Of a stretch of 32,000 nucleotides of DNA, positions 9,289 to 17,644 are shown piece after piece. Under the pieces are notes generated by a model. The model was not told the origin of the DNA. It saw nothing but the letters and a program-made list of their open reading frames with translations, and did not search any database. The stretch is from an uncultured archaeon (GTDB lineage Archaea; Asgardarchaeota; Thorarchaeia; Thorarchaeales; Thorarchaeaceae), in contig CAYHAA010000001.1 of assembly GCA_964354495.1 (NCBI GenBank), forward strand, positions 555,010 to 587,009, written 5' to 3'. The position numbers and the translations under genes are program-made. How positions within the stretch are numbered: position 1 is the first letter of the stretch; the number at the start of each line of letters is the position of its first letter.

Positions 9289-9915
9289 CTATACCCCAAG
9301 CTTAAACGGTTTTTGAGGCTGCATTCCAGTAGATGTTGGGTCCAATGGTCCCAGCTCATGCTGTTTTGCGATGGCTCTCGTGACCAAGTCGGTAAAAAGT
9401 GTATCGACGTTTTCCCCAGTCTTAGCACTTGTCTGGTAGTGCAGAACATCAAGCCAGTCTTCCACCATCCTCCCGGCTTCTGGTGGCACCAAACGATCCG
9501 GCCTGTCAATCTTATTGGCCACAATAGCAACCACTGCATTCGGGCAGACTGTGATTAGTTTTGTATACCATTCGCCAATGTCCAGAAATGTCTGTGGTCG
9601 AGTAACGTCATACACAATGATTGCCATTGATGCTCCTGCCATATACCTGCGACGGAGTTCATTGTAGGTCGGTTGCCCAGCAAGATCCCAGAGAACAACA
9701 CGTGCTGTTACCCTGCTTCCGGTAGGTAAGTCAACTTCAAGGGTCTTGAGGGCGAAGGTCGTGCCAATTGTGGCAATATATCGCTCACTGAAACTTCCTT
9801 CAGTGTATCTACGGATGCAGCTGGTCTTGCCTACTGCTCCATCACCCAGAGCAACCAGCTTGAACATATGCGAGATACTCTCTCTTGACAATTGACGCTC
9901 TATCCTGTTACTCAC
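9289..9915 (-). CDS. Rab-like small GTPase (Ras superfamily), copy 1
   Basis: G1 GDGAVGKT, G2 TIG, G3 WDLAGQ, G4 NKID, G5 TSAK; no C-terminal Cys prenylation motif. Confidence 0.95.
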   Translation of the reverse strand: MSNRIERQLSRESISHMFKLVALGDGAVGKTSCIRRYTEGSFSERYIATIGTTFALKTLEVDLPTGSRVTARVVLWDLAGQPTYNELRRRYMAGASMAIIVYDVTRPQTFLDIGEWYTKLITVCPNAVVAIVANKIDRPDRLVPPEAGRMVEDWLDVLHYQTSAKTGENVDTLFTDLVTRAIAKQHELGPLDPTSTGMQPQKPFKLGV

Positions 9916-10084
9916 TCTGCGGGTGAACTGCCAGTCTTAGGCATTTAACTATTCTCGGAATGTATGCCAGCTATGTAGAGGACACTCCTGTAGCAAAACT
10001 CGTCGCTTTTGGGGGTATTTATCACCATAAGGATTAAGTCAATGCTTTCCACACAGTTGCTGTAATTCAAACTGGTGATACTCT

Positions 10085-10789
10085 ATGGCAGAGCAATTCC
10101 TGAACCGATTGAACAAGTTGGAGGAGAGCATCCGCCAACTTGGAGAGACCCTAAAACGAATGATTACCATTCTCGGCACAGTAACTGAGATTAAATCTGA
10201 AGTGCGTGGAGCGAAGGAGGAGATCATTCGAGCGTTGGCAAGCAAGCCTGCTGCCGCGCCAATAGAACATGATCATACCGATGAGCTTGCGAAAATGGTT
10301 GTTCAGGAAGTTGGAGATGTTAGGGTCTTTGTGCAGCAATCCATGGAATCACTGAAGAACGATATGGTTGAGTTACTTCAAGTGATGATTGCTAATGTAG
10401 AGAGAGTGCAGATCACCGCTCCTTCTGCGCCATCGAAGCCATCTGCTCCGGCAGCTACACGACGCGCACCCGCCCCTGAGTATGTGGAAAGTGAGAATCA
10501 AGTTTCATCTTCACTCCCTGCTGACCGATCCATGAAGATTGGGGATGAACTGACCGGAATACTGAGTTCCTTGAAGATGGGTTGCGTTTCAGGTGATGTA
10601 TTGGACGCGATGACTTTGGCAAAGGATTCCATCATGAGTACAGTTCCAAGTGATCCAATCATGGTCAAGATTGACAAGTGGGTTGGGCTTGTTAGTAACT
10701 ATCCACGGCGAAATCAACTGCAAGCACGAGACGTGGTCAAGATGAAGAAAGAATTGAAAGAGGAGATTCAGAGATACAGTCTTGCTTAG
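10085..10789 (+). CDS. Hypothetical coiled-coil protein with Pro/Ala linker and small C-terminal helical domain
   Basis: Heptad-like N-terminus (LNRLNKLEESIRQLGETLKRMI), PSAPSKPSAPAA linker; ATG with GGTGA Shine-Dalgarno. Confidence 0.8.
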   Translation: MAEQFLNRLNKLEESIRQLGETLKRMITILGTVTEIKSEVRGAKEEIIRALASKPAAAPIEHDHTDELAKMVVQEVGDVRVFVQQSMESLKNDMVELLQVMIANVERVQITAPSAPSKPSAPAATRRAPAPEYVESENQVSSSLPADRSMKIGDELTGILSSLKMGCVSGDVLDAMTLAKDSIMSTVPSDPIMVKIDKWVGLVSNYPRRNQLQARDVVKMKKELKEEIQRYSLA

Positions 10790-11208
10790 TCATCTTCTTC
10801 CATCGGTGGTGCTCCGTCGGCAATCATCTTCATTGTGGCCAATACTCGAATCACGTCTGTTGCTGTGACAACTCCAATGATGTCATTGCCTTCAATCACA
10901 GGTATATGCAATATGTCCGCCTGGTTCATGAGTGCGATGACCTGTCCGAGATCTGCCTCTGGGCCAATTGTGACTACTGGAGTTGTCATGATGTCCTCCA
11001 ATGTTAGAGTATGGAACAACTCTTCTGACAGAAGCTGTGCAGCAATGACCTCCTTTCTCGTCACAAGCCCTGCCATGACCTCAGAGCTCGTCACGATGAG
11101 ACTGCCCACCTCTTCAGCAGCCATAAGCTTCGCAGCATTGACAAGAGGTGTATCCACCTCAGCAGTCAGTATCAGAGAGGTCATGAAATCTCTTACTGTT
11201 AGCTGAGC
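10786..11208 (-). CDS. CBS domain pair protein
   Basis: VRDFMTS, VGSLIV, IMTTPVVTIGPEADL and HIPVIEGNDIIGVVTATD form two CBS repeats. Confidence 0.92.
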   Translation of the reverse strand, partial: AQLTVRDFMTSLILTAEVDTPLVNAAKLMAAEEVGSLIVTSSEVMAGLVTRKEVIAAQLLSEELFHTLTLEDIMTTPVVTIGPEADLGQVIALMNQADILHIPVIEGNDIIGVVTATDVIRVLATMKMIADGAPPMEEDD

Positions 11209-11227
11209 CATTTTTCTACACCCCATA

Positions 11228-11836
11228 CTACGTTAGAGGGTTCTTGCCACCCTTTAGAGCATTATGAAGAAGCTTCTCAGCACATTTTGAAAACACATCT
11301 GTGACTGCTGTACCGGTCTTGGCGGATGTTTCGTAATACTCTGCCTGGAACCAGCTTCGCAGCATCAAACCTGGTTCTTGAGGAACCATCCGTTTGTCGA
11401 TCAAGTCTATCTTGTTTGCACAGATTAGAACTGGCGCTTCCGGACATACTTCACGGAAGGATTCAAACCAATTGTTCATAGCCATGAAGGTTTCCGGTTT
11501 TGTCACGTCATACACGATTATGGCGGCTGATGCCCCCTTCATATACTGACGCCTCAGTTCCCGGTACGTAGATTGGCCACCCATATCCCAAATGCTCAAA
11601 CGGACCTGTCTGACACTTCCTTGAGTGTCTTTAGTTTCAACATCCTTTGTGGCGAATGTTGTCCCAATTGTCTGTTTGTATTCCTCATTGAATGTGTTCT
11701 CGGTGTATCGCCTCAGTAGCGAAGTCTTTCCCACCATGGCTTCGCCTAGAAGAACAATTCGGAACTTGTACCCCTGAAAGCCATTTGCCGCATCGGGGTC
11801 TCTTATAGAGCTCGTTCTTTCTATTCTCTGAGCCAT
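11228..11836 (-). CDS. Rab-like small GTPase (Ras superfamily), copy 2
   Basis: G1 GEAMVGKT, G2 TIG, G3 WDMGGQ, G4 NKID, G5 TSAK; no CAAX or CC motif. ATG 11836; the ORF is open from 11851. Confidence 0.95.
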   Translation of the reverse strand: MAQRIERTSSIRDPDAANGFQGYKFRIVLLGEAMVGKTSLLRRYTENTFNEEYKQTIGTTFATKDVETKDTQGSVRQVRLSIWDMGGQSTYRELRRQYMKGASAAIIVYDVTKPETFMAMNNWFESFREVCPEAPVLICANKIDLIDKRMVPQEPGLMLRSWFQAEYYETSAKTGTAVTDVFSKCAEKLLHNALKGGKNPLT

Positions 11837-11940
11837 TTGGGAGAACTCCAATCAGTAATCAGAACTATGTCTGTGGGTGTCATTCCTGTCCGCCACTTAT
11901 ATGTTTTCTGCGGAGAGTCTCTAGTAACTTCGCCAGAATA

Positions 11941-13611
11941 TCACTGTGTCCCGTTCAAGCTACTTGGGAGGAGCAGCTCGAAAGCTACCACTGGATGGCC
12001 AAGACCGAAGTTGTTGAGTATGTCAGGTGATATCTCTCCAAAGAACCCGCTGAGTCTGCCTCTGACCTTGATACTTGCTGATCTGCCCGGGATGAAATCA
12101 GAATTTGTCACTGCTTCGAACTCGAACTGATGGTCAAGTCCTAGGTTCCTGAGCAGGAATCCGATTTCAGTCATGAGACTTGTGACGTTGACTTTGGCAT
12201 CAGTCATTAAACCGCATACCGATGGTACTTGGTCTGTACAGGTCTCCTTGGATTCATCAGGTATAATGATGTCGCCAACTTCGAAGATTTTCTGAGGGTA
12301 GTCTGAATGCTGATTCTTTGAGGCAAAATCAAGAAGAACAGGCAGGAGCGAGTTTCTGAGTACGGAATAGCTTCTGCTCTTGGGATTGCTCGTGGTCACG
12401 ACTTGCCTACTGCGACCCATATTCTCATTGAGTACCTCGGGTGACGTCATTATGAAGTTCATGACCTCGAGATATTCCATACCAACCATGAGATCCCTGA
12501 CCTTATTCTTGAGCCTGGTGACTGGGCCTACACTACCTGTGGTCATCGTCTGCGGCATCGCAGGTTGTATCTTATCGAACCCGAATCCTATGGCGATGTC
12601 CTCCATGATATCGACGGGATGAAGAATGTCCATGCGGTATTTCGGAATCTGCACACGAACCTTTTCTCCTTTGGTCAGCTCTGCGCCATAGCCCATTCTT
12701 TCGAGAGCTCTGGTTATCCTTTCGCCATCGAGATCGAGGCCTAGAAGCTTATTGATATCCTCAATACTGATTGTCATCTGTTCCGGAATGAAATTGGGAG
12801 TTTCTTCGACTGTGCCGTCTGGGTAAACGCTCGTCACAGATTCAATCTGTGCTCCCCGTTCGGCTAGCGAGGCAGTGATTATGTTCAACGCCTGTTGCAC
12901 TGTCAAAAGATGTGTCCCTGTGACTTCCACAAAGAGATTCTTTGTTTCAGTTGTTATACGTCCAAGATTATTACTATTGATTATCGGTGGAAGACTCAAT
13001 ACTTGTCCTTTGGAGTCGTAGAGGAGCGGCCATTTCTTGTGAGATTCGATGATTGGTCCAAACTCGATTCCCTTCTCATGTTGAGCCAAGATTCTTGGCC
13101 CGTCCATTTCGACTTCATATCCCAACGGTACGAACTTTATCCTCTCAGGTTTTTTCGTTCCGTAGATTATCGGAAATTCCAGTTCATCATAGACATAGAG
13201 GCCTATGCTTGCCTTTTTCCTGTTCCTTCCGTGCGTCGAAGTAAGCGCTTCCTGAAGGTGCATGTACTCCTTGATCAGTTCATCGCTAGCTCTTACGCCC
13301 TTCAGTATTGAACAGCATATGAACGGCCTGATTTTTTCGAGACCTGCTTGAACAATGATTTGCTTTCCCGATTTCTTCACCTTGTACTCCTTGAGTCCCG
13401 GCTCGATCTCTAGAAATGATCTGACAGCATGTGCTATGCCTTCAGTAGAAAGCATGTCTTGACGGTCTGGGTTCACCTCTATCTCAATGACATTCCCCTC
13501 GATTTTTTCGACTTCAGCCTTTAAGAGGAACAAGAATTCCTGGAGTTTCTCCAAGGTAAGTTTCTTGCCAATCAGTGACAAAAGATCATTGATTCTACAT
13601 TCTACAATCAT
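11941..13611 (-). CDS. pheT: Phenylalanine-tRNA ligase beta subunit (archaeal type)
   Basis: EVNPDRQDMLSTEG, LSLPPIINS, PKYRMDILHPVDIMEDIAIGFG, LRNSLLP and YPQKIFEVG; directly downstream of pheS. Confidence 0.96.
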   Translation of the reverse strand: MIVECRINDLLSLIGKKLTLEKLQEFLFLLKAEVEKIEGNVIEIEVNPDRQDMLSTEGIAHAVRSFLEIEPGLKEYKVKKSGKQIIVQAGLEKIRPFICCSILKGVRASDELIKEYMHLQEALTSTHGRNRKKASIGLYVYDELEFPIIYGTKKPERIKFVPLGYEVEMDGPRILAQHEKGIEFGPIIESHKKWPLLYDSKGQVLSLPPIINSNNLGRITTETKNLFVEVTGTHLLTVQQALNIITASLAERGAQIESVTSVYPDGTVEETPNFIPEQMTISIEDINKLLGLDLDGERITRALERMGYGAELTKGEKVRVQIPKYRMDILHPVDIMEDIAIGFGFDKIQPAMPQTMTTGSVGPVTRLKNKVRDLMVGMEYLEVMNFIMTSPEVLNENMGRSRQVVTTSNPKSRSYSVLRNSLLPVLLDFASKNQHSDYPQKIFEVGDIIIPDESKETCTDQVPSVCGLMTDAKVNVTSLMTEIGFLLRNLGLDHQFEFEAVTNSDFIPGRSASIKVRGRLSGFFGEISPDILNNFGLGHPVVAFELLLPSSLNGTQ

Positions 13612-13619
13612 GTTACCAC

Positions 13620-15128
13620 CTACCTGACAAAACAACTCCTTCTAAGCCAATTGAGGTCCTGCGAGAAAAGGTCCCTGATGTCATTGATGCCCATCGATGC
13701 CATGTAGAGTCTTCCTGCTCCTATTCCCCATGCAAGGACGGAGTCCTTAATCCCTAAAGGATGCGTGACTTCTGGTCTGAAAATGCCTGACCCTCCAAGC
13801 TCTATCCATCCCAGTTTGTCATGTTTTACAAACGTTTCGACACTGGGTTCTGTGAAAGGAAACTGGCCTGGTTTGAACTTTATCTTCTCAATCCCTACTG
13901 CCTTGCATATCGCTGTCAGATAACCAAGTAGGTCTCTCAAGTTTAGTCCTCTGTCCATGATAATGCCCTCGCACTGGTCAAACTCCTGAGCATGAGTTGC
14001 ACTGAGTGATTCTGACCTGAAGTTACGATCAATTATGAACATCTTTTGAGGGCTCTCTCTATGATGGTATAGATACCTCATTGAAACAGGTGTGGTGTGG
14101 GGACGCAAACAGAGTCTTGTTGCGACTTCCTTGCTGTATGGCCAATCCCATCCCTTTGATCCTGTACCACCGCCATTCTCATGAACCTTCTTCACGGCTT
14201 CATAGTACTTCTGGTCGATAATGTGGCCATGGTCGTACGGAGCTGCGACTCTGAATTGATCTTGAACTTCGCGAGCTACATGGTCTTGCGGGACGAAAAG
14301 AGCATCATGCCCCCAGAATTCAGTTTCAACATAAGGGCCGAACCATTCTGTGAATCCAAGTCCCACCATAATCTCCCTTAGCCAATCGTTGAACTCTGCA
14401 TACGGGTGTTTCTTCCCGTAGTTGATATATTCCGGCTCGATGCCAACATTGTAAGGTCTGAATTTTCTTCCCCTCCAAGCACCACTAGAAAGCATCTCAG
14501 GCGCGAGGTCTCCGATGTCTTCAGTTGAATCTGCAAGAACATCCTGCGCACGACCCAAGTATTCTTCAGAAATCTCGGACTCAACGATCTTCGTGATGAC
14601 TTCACTGACTAGCTTTCTCTCAAGCAGCTGTTTGAGGACCGGATCATCAATCTGAAGGCTTGCACCATTTCCTTTGGCAATTGAGTCAAGTGCTCCTACA
14701 ACTGGCGACTCAAAATGCCTTCCAACAGCAGATAGAATCGTTACATCCCCCTGCTTTGAGACATCGACCCATCCATTGGTTCTTGCCCAGTTCATTGCGA
14801 TACCTTTTGTTTTGGGCGATATGCCAGATTTTTCGACTGCAACATCAAACGGAGCTGTTCCTCCCGATTCCTCTAACGCCTTCACCAACCGAATTTCCGG
14901 GAGCCCATCTCTTGCATATTCCTTGCCTTCATCTGTGAGGGTATATGATGTCTTCTCGTGAGTTTCCAGTCTTACAATTGCTCGTCCGGCAAGAGAGTTC
15001 AAGATGGAGATTACTCTCTCAGTGTTTTGTTCCGTGATTTTGGCTATCTCGTTTGCCGAGGCTTTTCTTCCTAATTTGATCAAACCCTTGAGAATTGTCC
15101 TCTCTCCTGTCGTCAACTGCTCACTCAT
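13620..15128 (-). CDS. pheS: Phenylalanine-tRNA ligase alpha subunit (archaeal/eukaryotic type with N-terminal winged helices)
   Basis: GKKHPY, QDHVAREVQD, LRPHTT, RNFRSE, HAQEFDQCEG, FPFTEPS and WIELGGSGIFRPE. Confidence 0.97.
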   Translation of the reverse strand: MSEQLTTGERTILKGLIKLGRKASANEIAKITEQNTERVISILNSLAGRAIVRLETHEKTSYTLTDEGKEYARDGLPEIRLVKALEESGGTAPFDVAVEKSGISPKTKGIAMNWARTNGWVDVSKQGDVTILSAVGRHFESPVVGALDSIAKGNGASLQIDDPVLKQLLERKLVSEVITKIVESEISEEYLGRAQDVLADSTEDIGDLAPEMLSSGAWRGRKFRPYNVGIEPEYINYGKKHPYAEFNDWLREIMVGLGFTEWFGPYVETEFWGHDALFVPQDHVAREVQDQFRVAAPYDHGHIIDQKYYEAVKKVHENGGGTGSKGWDWPYSKEVATRLCLRPHTTPVSMRYLYHHRESPQKMFIIDRNFRSESLSATHAQEFDQCEGIIMDRGLNLRDLLGYLTAICKAVGIEKIKFKPGQFPFTEPSVETFVKHDKLGWIELGGSGIFRPEVTHPLGIKDSVLAWGIGAGRLYMASMGINDIRDLFSQDLNWLRRSCFVR

Positions 15129-15358
15129 TGGTACGCAAAACTCCTGAGTTCAGTACTCGGGACTGATAGACCGCACTCACTATAGAATGATGATTGAGGG
15201 CTCCTTTCACTGGAGCATCGTAAATTGGCGGTTATCCATCCGTCCTTCACCTGCTTTACTTGACCTATTGAGTCCTCCTTTTTAATCTGTCGTCTCTCTT
15301 CGTCTGTCGCACGACGCAATGTTAAAATAGGGTCATTTGTGCGCCTCACCAGGCGCAA
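15125..15358 (-). CDS. Small hypothetical protein upstream of pheS
   Basis: 77-aa ORF whose TGA overlaps the pheS ATG (ATGA coupling); no recognisable motif. Confidence 0.4.
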   Translation of the reverse strand: MRLVRRTNDPILTLRRATDEERRQIKKEDSIGQVKQVKDGWITANLRCSSERSPQSSFYSECGLSVPSTELRSFAYQ

Positions 15359-15415
15359 ATTGCCACCTGGGTTCTTTAGGAAATAGTCAGTAATGAGTCA
15401 TTGAAGGAGAAGAAC

Positions 15416-16495
15416 ATGTCTGCGGAACGTCAGAAACTCAGACGCAAGGTGGAGCAGCTCAGGGCCTTTAAGGGAAGACACAGTTCTTTCACCACTCTCT
15501 ATGTTCCTCCCACGAAGAGCCTAACAGATGTAATCACTTTCGTGAAGACTGAATTAGCTGGCGCTGACAACATCAAGAGCAAGACAAATCGCAAGAATGT
15601 TGCAGACAATTTGACTGCGGTTCTGAGTGAGCTCACCAAGATGCGCACCATACCTCCCACAGGATTGGTTTTCTTCTACGGTATTGAAGAAGTGGGTGGG
15701 ATTGGTAGACCAATCCGCGAGATAATGGTTCCACCGACACCGATCTCTCAATTCGTCTATACATGCGGACGTGAATTCATTACTTCCGAGCTCGAGAGTA
15801 TGACTCAGCCAAGAAGTCTTATCGTCATTGTACTCCTTGAAGGTGGCAAAGTCACAATTGGTTATCTTCGCGGCAAGCATATGGAACTTGTACGGGATGA
15901 GGACTTTTACATCATTGGCAAGACTAGAGCTGGTGGACAGAGTGCAAACCGATACCTCAGAATTCGTGAGGAGAAACTGCAGGAGTTCTTTAAGCATGTA
16001 GGTCGGATGCTGGGAGAGCTTCTGATTGACAATATTGCCAATGTGGATGCCATAGTGCTTGGTGGCAACACAATCAGATGTCTAGAATTCCTGGAAAAAG
16101 GGGACCTTGACTACAGAATACGAAACAAGATTGTAGATACAATAATACCTGTAAGTGTGATTGATGAGACCGGCCTCTTTCAAGCGATGAAGGAAGCCTC
16201 CAGGATTCTGAAGGAGACCGAGATATACGCGGAGCGTCAAGCTTGGGATGGCTTCTTGGAGGATCTCATGAAGGGGTTGAATACAATAGCCTATGGGAAG
16301 AAAGAGGTTCTCGAGGCTCTCAAGATGGGGCGCGTGCAGACTCTTCTAATCACAGAGGATCTTGCTAACCAAATGGACACGCTATACGATGATGTTACCC
16401 AATATGGCTCAGAGCTCCTCGTCTTCTCGAACCAGACGGAGTCCGGAGCTCAGTTGAAGGGCTTCGGCGGAATAGCTGCGCGGCTTCGATACTAG
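15416..16495 (+). CDS. prf1: Peptide chain release factor 1 (aRF1/eRF1)
   Basis: NIKS motif (ADNIKS), YxCxxxF motif (YTCGREF), GGQ (AGGQS) and C-terminal LKGFGGIAARLRY. ATG 15416 follows AAGGAG. Confidence 0.95.
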   Translation: MSAERQKLRRKVEQLRAFKGRHSSFTTLYVPPTKSLTDVITFVKTELAGADNIKSKTNRKNVADNLTAVLSELTKMRTIPPTGLVFFYGIEEVGGIGRPIREIMVPPTPISQFVYTCGREFITSELESMTQPRSLIVIVLLEGGKVTIGYLRGKHMELVRDEDFYIIGKTRAGGQSANRYLRIREEKLQEFFKHVGRMLGELLIDNIANVDAIVLGGNTIRCLEFLEKGDLDYRIRNKIVDTIIPVSVIDETGLFQAMKEASRILKETEIYAERQAWDGFLEDLMKGLNTIAYGKKEVLEALKMGRVQTLLITEDLANQMDTLYDDVTQYGSELLVFSNQTESGAQLKGFGGIAARLRY

Positions 16496-16509
16496 TCCGT
16501 GCAGGTTCA

Positions 16510-16926
16510 CTACTCGCGTGGCGGCTTTGGTATTTCAGTCAAGGTGATAATATCCTCAATCCATTTCGCCAGTTCTTGACCAATCGATTCAATGTACTGC
16601 AGCAATGATTCAGCGTACTTAGTCAGATGCTGCTGTTCAAGACTCTTGGCCTTCTCATTGAATTCCTTAATCCGTTTTGGCAATCCTATTGACCATCTAC
16701 TTATCATCAGTTCTGCCTTTCTATCACTGAGGACCTTCTTGGCGATTTTCTTCTTTCGACTAAGGTCAACAAGCTCTTCCAACAACCTTTGAACACCAAT
16801 GGTTGCTGCTACTAGCCCCTTGGCATCTATCTTGGATTCCTTATCTCTGCTGGTATAGTAGACTTGCTTTAGATCTCTCTTCGCAGCAACTACACTGGAG
16901 AGGAGCTTCAATAATTCGTGAGCCAT
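16510..16926 (-). CDS. Hypothetical all-alpha protein
   Basis: 138-aa ORF with ATG start and amphipathic helices; no recognised motif. Confidence 0.7.
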   Translation of the reverse strand: MAHELLKLLSSVVAAKRDLKQVYYTSRDKESKIDAKGLVAATIGVQRLLEELVDLSRKKKIAKKVLSDRKAELMISRWSIGLPKRIKEFNEKAKSLEQQHLTKYAESLLQYIESIGQELAKWIEDIITLTEIPKPPRE

Positions 16927-16980
16927 GATGCCTTCATTCCATCCTCGAACGTTTTAAGGTCTATGTTTTTTCAGCTGCCT

Positions 16981-17634
16981 TCAAACGGCTGAGTAGTTGC
17001 ATTCTCCACTTGTAGAAAACGGACATGCTGTGCACTTAGTTTCACTAGGTGATGCTCTAGGGAGCCGTTTGTCGTACCAGACCTCATCAAGCCTTTTCAG
17101 ATGCATTCGAATCTCATCAGGACAGAATTTTCTCTTGAAGACTCTTGCATCTCCACAGTTCCAGCAGTTTCTTCCTGGTCTATCTTGAAGGCACTGTTTC
17201 GCAGTGTCCTGAAGGCAATACACAATGACGAGTCTAGCTGACCTACAGGAGACTCCACTCTCCGCCAAAGCAAGTGAATACAATCCTGCTTGGAAAAGAT
17301 CCTCCGGCTTCATCTTGCTCGGCAGATATTTGATAGGGAACTTGTGCTCAATCAGAGCGTCCAGAATCGGTGCGTCTTCCCAGTGCAGAACTGCACTATC
17401 GAACCTGCCAATGAACCGATGAGCAAATGATCTCACCTGCTCTTTGTTGAACAGGTAATACTGACCTCTATTGGGTTGACTTGGCTGCAGTGAGAGAAAC
17501 TCGGTAAGGCTCCAGGGAGCTTTCTTTGCCCTCTTGATAGATGGCCACGCTGGACCTAGACTGAAGATGGATCTCCTGAGCGATAATATGGAAACAATCA
17601 CGATGAGGAGCGTGAATGCCAAAATGCTCAGCAA
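16981..17634 (-). CDS. Cas4-like PD-(D/E)xK nuclease, C-terminal half, with N-terminal transmembrane anchor
   Basis: TM helix at residues 1-19; motif II IGRFD, motif III IEHK, QxxxY (QAGLY) and terminal CxxC-x7-C (CTAC..EC). It lacks the N-terminal Fe-S Cys and the GxxxH motif. Confidence 0.85.
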   Translation of the reverse strand: MLSILAFTLLIVIVSILSLRRSIFSLGPAWPSIKRAKKAPWSLTEFLSLQPSQPNRGQYYLFNKEQVRSFAHRFIGRFDSAVLHWEDAPILDALIEHKFPIKYLPSKMKPEDLFQAGLYSLALAESGVSCRSARLVIVYCLQDTAKQCLQDRPGRNCWNCGDARVFKRKFCPDEIRMHLKRLDEVWYDKRLPRASPSETKCTACPFSTSGECNYSAV

Positions 17635-17644
17635 CTATTCCATT

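Noticed and set aside
15160-15200. C/D box sRNA (ATGATGA and CTGA)
   Set aside because: The boxes are in the wrong order and there is no downstream D box.
17635-17643. In-frame ATG-GAA-TAG ahead of the Cas4 C-half, suggesting pyrrolysine or amber readthrough
   Set aside because: TAG is the normal stop of many genes here (radA, prf1, pheS and others), and GGTGA is better spaced for the TTG at 17634. There is no evidence of recoding.
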